From NCBI GenBank assembly GCA_951406725.2, contig OX597834.1, forward strand, positions 17,484,001 through 17,548,000: DNA of 64,000 nucleotides, read 5' to 3'. A program made the position numbers and the translations under genes. This stretch comes from Octopus vulgaris. Its lineage: Eukaryota. This document shows positions 11,866 to 23,142 of the stretch, piece after piece; the stretch's first letter is position 1; each line of letters starts with the position of its first letter. The notes under the pieces were generated by a model, which made no database searches, had not been told where the DNA came from, and was given only the letters and a program-made list of their open reading frames with translations.

Positions 11866-12182
11866 GCAGCATTATTAAATCTCTAGTTTTTCGAAATCAG
11901 TGACGGAAGTTACTAGAAAACCACATATATTTGCATACAGGCTTTCCCTTTCATCGTGATCTGGTGATTACCGCCCGTTGACAAGAGGCAACAACCTCGA
12001 AACCGCGGTCTGGTGCGTATCACTTAGGCTTACGAGAAAGGGATGGCCTCCCTTTGCAAATACCATAAGGGCACAGATAGTGTGCCTAAAGCCAGCTGGA
12101 GACGATGATCTCCTGGGGCTAAAAGCTACAGTAACACCCACCCTTTGTGGTTAGCCATATTGAGATGGCTGTTATACTTTAC
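11863..12182 (+). mobile_element. Non-coding, highly structured hammerhead-bearing element inserted in (TAA)n
   Basis: Unique 320-bp segment bounded by (TAA)n on both sides; multiple hairpins; contains the motif below. Confidence 0.6.
11939..12049 (+). ncRNA. Type I hammerhead ribozyme, U3-A8 core variant, extended stem I
   Basis: Core TTGACAA (11978-84), stem II GAGG-caacaa-CCTC, GAAA (11999-12002), palindromic stem III ACCGCGGT, cleavage triplet GTC ending 12010. Stem I pairs 11945-11977 with 12011-12043 with single-nt bulges. Confidence 0.75.
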
Positions 12183-12206
12183 AATAATAATAATAATAAT
12201 AATAAT

Positions 12207-12345
12207 TCTTTCTATTATATGCACAAGGCCTGAAATTTTGGGGGTTTTGTATAGTTGATTACATTGGACCCAGTACTTGTTCTGTAGACCTTGAAAGGAT
12301 GAAAGCAAATTGACTTTGGTAGAATTTGAACTTAGAACATGAAGC
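12207..12345 (-). mobile_element. SINE family B, decayed
   Basis: gcacaaggcctgaaattttgg...aaaggatgaaagc...aatttgaactt. Confidence 0.7.
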
Positions 12346-12514
12346 CAGAAAAAAGTAGCGAACACTTTCTATCTCTGAAATTCCCTCACAAGACATTGGT
12401 TGGCCTGGAGCTACTATAGTAGAAAACGCACTTGTCCAAGGTGCTGTACAGTAGGAATGAACCCAAAATCATGTGGTTTCATAAGGGAGCTTCTTAACTG
12501 CCACACAGCTGTTA

Positions 12515-12850
12515 AAATCATTTTGTAACATGTAAGTCTTTCAACAAGATGTTCAAACTGAATGAAATAATCGCTCACTGCTGTCTCCCGTGGACTTCGA
12601 TATTGTTCAAATGCCACAAATGATTTATATGCAATAAATATTAATTGGTTTAGATCTAATCTCTACCATCAGCATTTAAGATGGTAATCCATTTTGCAGT
12701 ACAGCCTCTGTGGTTTTTTTTTTTTCTCCTTTAAACATTCAGAGCACAATTGGGGAGCTGTCTTTATGAGTTATAAGCTGATCAATAATTTCCAAATTTG
12801 CTCTTCTTTCCTTGAGGGTTCTTCATTTTCAGGTTTTAGCTGAGGTGGCA
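12515..12850 (-). pseudogene. Possible Copia-type LTR retrotransposon gag relic
   Basis: Minus strand gives ...KSFVAFEQYRSPRETAVSDYFIQFEHLVERLTCYKMIL, preceded by broken EQIWKLL..KTAP..EAVL..LNADG pieces. Resembles the invertebrate Copia gag FExxxR..S..DY..xFE.L...L pattern. Confidence 0.4.
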
Positions 12851-13164
12851 CAAGTAATTTCAAATCCATTTTGTATTTATTAATCATTGTTCTGCTACCA
12901 ACGTTGAGCAAAAACTGACAACACTTGCAAACATAGGAAAAGCAACATACTGTATTTGATCATATACCGGATGTGCCCCTAGGGTGGCAAGCTAGCAGAA
13001 TTGTTGGCATGCCAGGTTAAATGCTTAGCAGTATTTTGTCTCTTTTTACATTCTGAGTTCAAATTCTGCTGGGTTTGACTTTGTTTTTCATCCTTTTGGG
13101 GGTTGTTAAAATAAGTACCAGTTGTGTACTGGGATTCATTTTATATCTCATTAGTGCATGCTAA

Positions 13165-13490
13165 AACTTCTGGAACTCTGTTGGCTATGGCAGTGAGGGT
13201 TCTAGTTGATCTGATTAATAGAACAACCTGATCATGAGATTAACGTGCAACTGACTGAGCACTTGACTGATATGTGTACCCTTAACATAGTCCTCAGAGA
13301 GTTTCAAAGTGACTCACAGAATGTGGACAAGGCTGGCCCTTAGAATTACAGGTACAACTTATATTTGTCAGCAGAGTGAACTGGAACAATGTGAAATAAA
13401 GTGTCTTGTTCAAGGACATTACACGCTGCCAGAAATTGAACTCACGGTCTTACGACTGTGAGCCTAACCACTAAGCCACATGGCTTCACA
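13165..13490 (-). mobile_element. SINE family C (CORE-like) variant
   Basis: Minus head gtgaagccatgtggcttagtggttagg...gagttcaattt, gtccttgaacaagacactttatttcac; homologous to 56510-56817. Confidence 0.8.
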
Positions 13491-13834
13491 TGCCATGGTT
13501 ACAGATGATAGCAGTAGTTTGCTAACTGAACTGGTTGGTCCCGGTCATTGACAATCTGTTGTCTGTTTAACTGCTCAGCATCTACTGATATTCACCATTG
13601 ATTCAATAAGATCCGTTTGCTGAAATAGTTCACATCCACCATACTGTATCCCAAGATTTCAATGTGCCCTGCTTTGGGCAGTTACTTTCCGTTTAACCCA
13701 TTGCTGGGATCCTGATGGGTGCTTCTACTTCAGGGCAGAGCAAACCTGAAAACAATAGGAACTAAGAGGGAGTTCCACACACTTCAATCCCTGGAACTAC
13801 GGAGCCAGTGCTCCGCTACTAGATGCAGTTTAAA

Positions 13835-14267
13835 GGCATGGCTGTGTGGTAAGTAGCGTACTTCCCAACCACATGGTTCTGGGTTCAGTCCCACTTTGTG
13901 GCACCTTGGACAAGTGTCTTCTGTTATAGCCTCAGGCTAACAAAAGCCTTGTGAGTGAGTTTAGTTGACAGAAACTGAAAGAAGCTCATCGTATATGTGC
14001 ATATATATATATATATATATATATGTTTGTCTATGTTTGTGTGTCTTTGTGTCTGTGTTTGTTCCTACATCACTGCTTGACAACTGGTGTTGGTGTGTTT
14101 ATGTCCCTGTATCTTAGTGGTTTGGCAAAAGAGGCCAATAGAATAAGTAAAAAAAATATAATATATAGGGGTCGATTCCTTTGACTAAAAATTCTTCCAG
14201 GTGGTGCCCCAGCATGGTTGCAGTCTAAAGATTGAAACAAATAAAAAAAAAATAAAAGATAAAAGAT
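13835..14267 (+). mobile_element. SINE family A, full length
   Basis: Head, central (TA)n, 3' half and aaagat tail. Confidence 0.9.
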
Positions 14268-14460
14268 AGGTAGTTACCCAGGACATGAACCCTAAAAACA
14301 CAAAGCTCTTAAATGCTGCAACATTACATGAATTTGCTCTGTGGCTTTGTTAGTCAAGCAACTAAAATGAACAAGTTATATATTCTCAGCTGATACATGA
14401 CCGTAATATAATGCCAATTTATTTTTTTGTTCTAATGTTGAAAAATGTGACTATATTAAT

Positions 14461-14692
14461 TTAACTCTGTCGATACCAACCCACCTGAGACCGTCAGCGG
14501 TTCTATGATACAAACTTGCTATTTTAAAGTGATCTCAATTATAATTGTTCATCAAAATTTCATGTTAATTTATGTTTGAAACACCAGCTTAATTAAGACA
14601 AATTTATTTTACTACATTCTTAATTATTCTCAAGCTTAATTGAAACAAAAGCAGTGCATTTCCACAAGAATACGGTAACAAAAATTTTTTAA
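14461..14692. mobile_element. piggyBac-type MITE (family E), decayed
   Basis: ttaactctgtcgatacc ... tacggtaacaaaa. Confidence 0.6.
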
Positions 14693-15248
14693 ATTTATTT
14701 CTGTTACAGTTTTGTTTAACAGAATACAGTAAAAGCAGAAACTGCACACAATAACGTATTTCTTACTTGCTTAAAAATCCTGATTTAATATTAAACTTGG
14801 ATAATTAGCATCATGGAGTCTGTTTTATATTAGTTTTAAACTGATTTGTTTAACCGAGAAAGGTAGTAATAATAATAATAATAATAATAATAAAAGCTCA
14901 ATTATTGTATGAAAAGTTTAATACATCAACATAGAAAATGGAATGACACAGCTGTTAATTAGCATCTAATAAAAATGAAGTTTGTTCATTTACCATTGCT
15001 GTTTATTTTAATTATTGTTATTTGTTTAATCTTAACATATATTGGATCGCAAATATAAACCAAATATTGAATTAACCTTAAACACCCAGTTGTTCCTACA
15101 AGTTTAATGAATAATAGTTACTATAGTAAGAGAACAAGTACAGGAATCACTGATTTGGAAAAAGCATAACTTGCAAAAATTTAAAATATATTAGATCTTG
15201 GAATTATTTTAGAGTACGCTTTGAACAATGAGGTATTCATAAAGGTTT

Positions 15249-15659
15249 GCTCTTTACTCTTTTACTCTTTAACTTGTTTCAGTCATTTGACTGCTGCCAT
15301 GCTGGAGCACCGCCTTTAGTTGAGCAAATCTACCACAGGACTTATTCTTTATAAGTCTAGTACTTATTCTATCGGTCTCTTTTGCCGAACCGCTAAGTTA
15401 CGGGGACGTAAACACACCAGCATCAGTTGTCAAGCTATATGTGTGTGGGGGACAAACACAGACACACAAACACACACACATATATACATATATACCATGG
15501 GCTTCTTTCAGTTTCCGTCTACCAAATCCACTCACAAGGCTTTGGTCGGCCCGAGGCTATAGTAGAAGACACTTACCCAAGGTGCTCCGCAGTGGGACTG
15601 AACCCGGAACCATGTGGTTTGTAAGCAAGCTACTTACCACACAGCCACTCCTGTGCCTA
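15249..15659 (-). mobile_element. SINE family A, full length
   Basis: Near-consensus reverse copy. Confidence 0.92.
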
Positions 15660-15677
15660 GTTATTATGAAATATATT

Positions 15678-15899
15678 GGTTTCAAATTTTGGTACAAGGC
15701 CAGTAATTTCGAGGGAGTTGGGTAAGACAATTACATCAACCCCAGTATTCAACTGATACTTACTTTATTGACTCCCAGAAGAATGAAAGGCAAAGTTGAC
15801 CTCAGTGGAATTTGAACTCAGAATGTAAAGACGGACAAAATGCCACTAAGCATTCTGCCCAGATTGCTAATGATTCTGCCAGCTTGTTGCCTCATTTGA
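15678..15899 (-). mobile_element. SINE family B with 13-bp TSD
   Basis: Flanks tatgaaatatatt (15665) / tatgaaacatatt (15900). Confidence 0.85.
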
Positions 15900-17123
15900 T
15901 ATGAAACATATTTGAGTTTGGAAGTATTTTGAAGGTTCACTTTCACCCTTCCATGTTTAAACTGGTTGTATCCAGCCCAAATGTTCTACCTGTTTTATGC
16001 TCAAATCTGCTAAACCCTTCTCTACAATGTCATTCTAAAAATAAATAATTACATCATTGAAATCTCAAAGCTATGAGGTAAAGCATGTTTAATTCAAAAC
16101 AATGTGAGTAAATATGCATTAGATTTGATAGAGTAAGCTGAATGCTAAAGAGTTAAGCATCCAATCAGTCATGAAATTTCAAGCATTTAATATAAATGTA
16201 CTGGTTCTTGGAAGTATTTTAGGGTGCCCCTTAAACACATAGCTGTTCATAAAAGTTTAAGTATTTAATATAAAATGTATTTGAGCTTGGCAGTGTTTCA
16301 GAATTTTCCTGAAACAACCTGTCATTCATAAGAGTTCGAGGTAGTATACTATAGTGTTATAATAGTAATAAAGCATTTGGTATTGGGGCCCTACAAAAGT
16401 TGGGAAGATCCTGAAATTTTGGGAAGACCCTGAAAATGTGGGTCCCAAAAGACATGGTTAAACTGGTGCTATGCATAGAATATATTTGGAATTGAAACTA
16501 TCAGTAAATGGAGGTCTTGATAAATATTTAGAGTATTTCCTAGTTTTAACCTATCTCTGTCAAAGAATCAAATATTTATTGCCCAGAAATTTGGCTGGTT
16601 GCTAAACATTAACATTTTTATGTATTTCTCTTTTAGTGCTTTGTTTTTCTATTAGTTCTTCATCTTTCATTTTTTAGCCCTTCATCTTCTAGTTCTGCTT
16701 CATAGGTTACTAGACTTTTGCAATAATTTCACAGAAAGCTTTTAATTTTTTTTTTTTTTCGACCTTCTACAGATAGGTAAAGGGAAGTTTGTATAGAAAG
16801 TGTATTTTTCCCCCAAGATACAGTACTTTAGTGGAATTGGACTTCAGAAGCATCAACTAGTAGTCTTGTATCTTTAGAGGCCATTCAGATATTTGCGTCA
16901 TTATTTGACTCTTTGATTCCATGAACTTGTCTGCTGCAATGTTAGCAGCAGCCACAGCAACAACAAAACAAACAGTGTGATATCCACTAGAATTGTGCTT
17001 GTTGTGAAACCATATGTAAATTGCTAAAAAAAAAAAAGATATAAATCCTTTAAAAAAAGCAACTGTGTGTAAATCCATTAACATGTGTGTGTGTGTGTGT
17101 GTATAAAATAATAATAATAATAA

Positions 17124-17410
17124 GCAGAAAACAGGTGTGGTATTCGATGCTTTATTAGACATAGACGTGTTTCAGCAGAATGCTGAAATAATTACATAAC
17201 AGTAACAAACATTATGCAATCAGGCACTTCACCTCATCAGTGTCCTGTATGAGGTTGATGCTCCACATTGTACTACATTGCATACTGGAGTGGGTTATGG
17301 GACCAACTACTGAGCCCATTTGGTTGCGTGTTGCACTTTACTGTGTACTTCTATTTGTATATTTTGTGCTTGAAAGCAATCATATTGATTCTAGTGTTTA
17401 ATACTGGACT
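17124..17410 (-). mobile_element. Penelope-like 3' end with a degenerate hammerhead
   Basis: Minus strand: PVLNTRINMIAFKHKIYK* remnant, then CTGATGA (17240-34) ... GAAACACGTC (17173-64), then AATAAA (17156-51). Confidence 0.55.
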
Positions 17411-17461
17411 ACACACCACACACACTGCTACACACAAACTCACACCACTACATACATACAC

Positions 17462-17501
<40 letters not shown>

Positions 17502-17504
<3 letters not shown>

Positions 17505-17788
17505 CGTGATCGACCAGGCTATCAGATGTTTCCAGACATCGCTGGTCACAATGCGCTTCGCATTGTTTTAGCCTTTAAATGATGCCATCTCGCTGGCTAA
17601 GCGAGCAGGCCAACAGAAGAAAGAGTGAGAGAAAGTTGTGGCGAAAGAGTACAGCAGGGATCACCACCATCCCCTGCCGGAGCCTCGTGGAGCTTTAGGT
17701 GTTTTTGCTCAATAAACACTCACAACGCCCGGTCTGGGAATCGAAACTGCGAATCCGCTGCCCTAACCACTGGGCTGTTGCGCCTCCA
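17502..17788 (-). mobile_element. SINE family C variant inserted in (TA)n
   Basis: Minus head tggaggcgcaacagcccagtggttagggc...gtttcgattccc. Confidence 0.8.
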
Positions 17789-18384
17789 TATATATATATA
17801 TATGATGTTTGGCTCTAATACATTTTCTATCTACTAAATTTCTCTGACAATTATTAAATAACATGAGGTGATAGAAAGAATAGGAGGAAACCCTCACCCA
17901 ATGGTGGTAGGTGTGCAGTAGAGTCAAACCGAGAACTATGTAAGAAGTAAACTTCTTCACATGAAGTCTGTGTTTACACCAACATGGTTTACAGTGTTTT
18001 TAGATTTGTACACCAACCATTGTTAAGTGCAGCAAAAACAATTATGGATTTTAAAAATCTGCAAGAAAAAAAAATACAAAGAAAACAAAGCAGAACAGAA
18101 ATAATTGCAATTTTAATAAATTTCATTTATGAAAGAGAAGAAAAAAATTATCTCATTTTTAGAAGTCTGCTTCATTTATATATATATATATATATGAGAA
18201 TAATGTATGAAAAAAGATATACGTATATATATATATATATATGTATTTTTTTTCATACATTATTTTCAATTCTGTCTTTTATTTAGTCGACAATATTTGA
18301 ATTTTTGTTTTTTTTTTTTTCTGACTTTTCATCTAATTTTCTGTTGTCTGTTGATTATTTACAAAATTACTCTCCTAAAATATA

Positions 18385-18396
18385 TATTACTATTAC

Positions 18397-18476
<80 letters not shown>

Positions 18477-19182
18477 TTATGTAAGGTGGTGAGCTGGAAG
18501 AATTGTTAGCACACTTGACAAAACGTTTGGTGGCATTTCATTCACATTATGTTCTGAGTTCAAACTCCACTGAAGTAACACTGCCTTTCATCCTTTCGGG
18601 ATCAATAAAATAAGTACCAGTCATGTACTGGAACCCAATGTATTCTGACTAGCCTTGTGCCTATAGCAGAACAGACTACTACTACTACTACTACCACTAC
18701 TACTACTACTACTACTAAGGCAGTGAAGTGGTAGAATTGTTAGTGCACCGGACAAAATACAGCATTTCTTCCAGCTCTCTGTGTTCTGAGTTCGAATTCT
18801 GCCAGGGTCAACCTTGCCCTTTCATCCTTTCAGGGTCCATAAAATAAGTACCAATTGAGCACTGGGGGTAGTAGGGGGGTGGGGGTCAGCGTAATTGACT
18901 GGCCCCCTCCCACAAAATTTCTGACCTTGTGCAAGAATTAGAAAGAATTATCATCATCATCATCATCATTGTCATCATCAAGATGGTGGACTGGCAAAAT
19001 CGTTAGCTTGCCAGGCAGAATGCTTAGTGGCATTTTGTCTGTCTTCACATTCTAAGTTCAAATTCAATTGAGGTCGACTTTTCCTTTCATTCTTTTGGGG
19101 TCAAGTAAGTACCAGCCTCACTGCAATCAACCTACATTCCACCCCAAAATTGCTTGCCTTGCACCAAAATTTGAAGCCATTA

Positions 19183-19214
<32 letters not shown>

Positions 19215-19455
19215 GTTAAGGCAGCAAGCTGGCAGAATCGTTAGCATGTTGGGAAAAATGCTTAGTGGCATTTGGTCTGTCTTTATGTTTTGAGTTCAAA
19301 TTCTGCCAAGGTCAACTTTGCCTTTCATCCTTTTGGGTTCGATTAAATTAAGTTCCAGTAAAACACTGAGGTTGATGTAATCAACTAGTTCCATCCCCCC
19401 AAATTTCAGGCCTTGTGCCTATAGTAGAAAGGATTGTTACTATTATTGTTATTAT
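18385..19455 (+). mobile_element. Array of four head-to-tail SINE B copies separated by (TTA)n, (CTA)n, (CAT)n and (TTA)n
   Basis: Heads at ~18483, 18717, 18979 and 19217, each followed by body and B1-type tail. Confidence 0.85.
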
Positions 19456-19476
19456 TTCCAATATCGGAAGCAAGCT

Positions 19477-19737
19477 GTCGAGAATTCAGTGCAGGTAGTC
19501 AGGACATGTTGTTAAAATGCAAAATAATCACATTCTGAAAATTCTTTTGTATGACCAACAAACGGAGGGTTTCCACAGTAAAGGAAGACTCCCTCCTTTA
19601 GGTATTTAAGGACAAATTACAACAATCACTAAAACCTTTACAGCTTAATGTAACCTGTTGGGAATGTTATTGCCTTGATCAATCAAAGTGGTGTAAAATG
19701 TGTCATGATGCATCTAAGCAGTTTGAGTTCAAGAAGC
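19477..19737 (+). pseudogene. RTE-clade LINE ORF C-terminal relic
   Basis: QCR*SGHVVKMQNNHILKILLYDQQTEG..KGR / FKDKLQQSLK...WE...DQSKW...FE matches the RTE pattern RWxGHVxRM..P.xLLYG...GRP...KD.LK...WE..A.DR..W. Confidence 0.75.
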
Positions 19738-19739
19738 TG

Positions 19740-20231
19740 GGCTGTGTGGTAAGTAGCTTGCTTACCAACCACATGGTTCCGGGTTCAGTCCCACTGCGTG
19801 GCACCTTGGGCAAGTGTCATCTACTATAGCCTCGGGCCGACCAAAGCCTTGTGAGTGGATTTGGTAGACGGAAACTGAAAGAAGCCCGTCGTATATATGT
19901 ATGTATTAGAAGAAATGAGGTAATCAGAAGATCAGATGGTTTATATTTACAGATATTTATTTATATATTACATTTTTTACATATATATCATATCACTGAG
20001 ATCATTAGCGCTTTCTTCCATATATATATGTATGTGTGTGTATGTCCCCCCAACATCGCTTGACAACCGATGCTGGTGTGTTTACGTCCCCGTAACTTAG
20101 CGGTTCGGCAAAAATGGACCGATGTAATAAGTACTAGGCTTACAAAGAATAAGTCCTGGGGTCGATTTGGTCGACTAAAGGCGGTGCTCCAGCATGGCCA
20201 CAGTCAAATGACTGAAACATGTAAAAGAGTA
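19740..20231 (+). mobile_element. SINE family A with a ~115-bp insert in its (TA)n
   Basis: Near-consensus halves; foreign DNA 19905-20020. Confidence 0.9.
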
Positions 20232-21002
20232 ATAAAATAACTTTGTGGTGCAATCAACAAACACAGTTGTCGAATCCCAGGTAAAATTAAAATCATCGTC
20301 GTCTCCATTGTGACTTCATAACAAAATCCATACCTGGACTTGAATTATATTCACACAACCATTTTAAAAAGATGCATCATCTTTTATGCTTAATCCTTTT
20401 TTGATTCTTTTTTTTTCAAGCACTTATGTCAAAATTGACAAGAGTGACCATTTATTATTGCTTGGGCAGTGAAGTGGCAGAGTCGTCAAAGCATTGTAAA
20501 AAAAGATGCTCTGTGGTATTTTTTCTGGCTCATTGCATTTTTTTGATTTCAGATTCTGCCAAGGTCAACTTTGCTTTCATCCCTTTCATCTGTGTGTGTG
20601 TGTTTCTATGGCAAAATTGACTGAGTCTTACTGTCTATGTCATATATTCATGAGCCAATATGAGACCTTGTATATAGTAGCTCAGTCTGCTAGAAATAGT
20701 GACCGAATCTCCCTCAGATCAAACCTAACCATTAAAGAGAAACAAAAACAAAGAAGACATTGAATAATGCAATCTGGGGTACCCAGTGCTTGAGAGAAAA
20801 CATCTCAATGATCACAGCAGTAAATGGTCTTTGATCATTCAAGGTTGACTCAAATGACGTAGTCTATAGTCGGGTACATCAATGTCTTGTTAAACTAATT
20901 TATGTATTGATCAGAATCGTTAAATCATCATCATTGCTTTTATCATCATCATCATTATCATCATCATCATCATCATCACTGTCATCATTTCTATTTATGT
21001 AA

Positions 21003-22095
21003 GGTACAAGTATGGCTATGTAGTTAAGAAGCTTGTTTCCCTGTCATGAGGTTTCAGGTTCATTCTCACTGTATGGCACCTTGGGCAAGTGTCTTCTACT
21101 AGTCTGGGGCCAACCAAAGCCTTGTGAGTGGATTTGGGAGACAGAAATTAAAAGAAGCCCATTGTGGATGTGTGTACATGCATGCACATGAGCACACACA
21201 CACACAAACACACACACACAAACACACACACTCATATATGTGAAGGTGCTTGGCTTAGTAGTTAGGGTGTTGTATTCATGTTTGCAAGATCAGGGTTTCG
21301 ATTTCTGGACCTGCAGTATATTGTGTTCTTAAGCAAAACACACTTCATTTCACATTGCTCCTGTCTACTCACCTCACCTCTAACTGGGCAACCCTGTGAT
21401 AGACTGATCTTCTGTCCAGGGGGAATATTGACTTATCCACATAGCCAATGGGATGGTATCATTTGAAAGCTACGACATGCATCATAACCAGTGGTGTATA
21501 ACAACATCCAATAATTTGGCCAATACAAGGAAATGTGTGTGTGTGTAATGGTTGTAAACAAGTATTACTGTCATACAAGTGGTGTTGTTTGTTTCCAGCC
21601 TTTCGTGAAAAAAAAACCCATGTCAGATCATGGGGGAAATATTACCTTTCTTAGAAACAAATCAGGGTTGGTGACAGGAAGGGTATCTGACCATAGAGTA
21701 AAAGTAAAGTTAACTTCTTGAGTCATAGTGACTCATAAGGGCCAGTTTCCTAGTTTCATGACGTATATATTCCCTACTTGGATGGGATGCCAATCCATCA
21801 CTGGATTACTCATTTTTGCTGGCTGAGTGCACCGAAGCAATGTGAAGTGAAGTGTTTTAGTCAAACAGATTGACCCCCAGGACTTATTTTTTTCTGTCTC
21901 TGATTCTCTCTTTATTTTATACACCTACAGCCATATACGACCAGCTTTCGCACAATTTCCACGTACCAAAATCACTCACATGACATTGGTTGGCCTGAGG
22001 CTATTAGTAGAAGACATATGCCCAAGGTTCTGTACCTTGGGATTGAACCCGAAACCATGTGGTCGCAAACGGAACTTCTCAACAACATAGCCATG
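21003..22095. mobile_element. Cluster of decayed SINE A and SINE C copies in both orientations
   Basis: A head at 21003 (+), C head at 21241 (+), C-type piece 21720-21865 (-), A head 21935-22095 (-). Confidence 0.7.
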
Positions 22096-22679
22096 TTCTA
22101 CATTTGTAGTCTCAACCACACAGCTGTGCCTGATTCAATGTTGTTCTTCTTTTGTTTTTGACAAAGTTCACAGAGAATTTGTTTTTTCCTAGAGATAGGT
22201 GGTTATTGATCAGCCAATATGGAAGTTAATGATCAAAAGACTTGCTCTGTGTGTGTGTGTGTAATGATGAAAGAATACCTGAAACAACAAAGTATTCTAA
22301 TCAGTCCTGTGGGGGAGGGAACGGGGAGTTGAAGGTAGACATTAACATTAAATTAACAACACTTGATAGACTTTCTAGGTTCATTGATTTATCGGCCAAT
22401 GTGAGACGTCATAGTTTATAATATATGATTGATCTAATGTTTTGTCCTTTGCTAGTTTGATTTTGTTTATAATTTATTAAAGTCTTTACGTAAAAGTAAG
22501 CTTGTCCACAATATGAATTATTGTGTCTGATGGTTTTTAAAATACACTCTTCTTTTTTCCCCAAAAATATAAAAAAAAAAGCAAAACCACCCTAGGTTCT
22601 ATATGTGAAGTTGGGCCTCTTACAGGCTTTAATGCACTAAAACCATTTTTTCTTCTTGAATATACCTGCTGGTGTTGCT

Positions 22680-23142
22680 GCTGCCATGTAAAAAGCACCT
22701 GCACTAGTGCCACATAATAAACACCTATGCTGGTGCCATGTAACAAGCATCTGTACTGGTGCCACTTAAAACCCACTTGTGGCATGTGAGAAACACCTGT
22801 GTTGGTGCCACGGGAAAAGTACCTGTGCTGGTGCCACCTAACAAGCATCTGTACTTCAAATACATCTGTGCCAGTGTCACCTGTGTTGGTGCCATCTAAA
22901 AGCACCTGTGCCTGTTTCACATAAAATGTACCTGTACCGGTGTCTTAGAAAAAGCACCCAGTACCCTCTGTAAAGTGGTTGGTGTTAGGAAGGGCACCAA
23001 ACTGTAGAAACCGTGCCAAGAACAAACAACTGGAGCCTGGTGCAGTGTGCAACTTTGCCAGCTCTGATCAAACTGTCCAACCCATGCCAGCATGGAAAAC
23101 AGATGTTAAATGATGATGATGTTAATGATGTTAAATGATGAT
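22680..23142 (+). mobile_element. RTE LINE 3' UTR (family D) with expanded ~26-bp internal minisatellite
   Basis: About ten units like cacgtaaaaagcacctgtgctggtgc, then ggtgttaggaagggca...ccatgccagcatggaaaacagatgttaaatgatgatg. Confidence 0.8.

Noticed and set aside
22680-22965. CRISPR-like appearance of short repeats
   Set aside because: The units are contiguous and degenerate with no unique spacers, there are no cas genes, and the context is eukaryotic.
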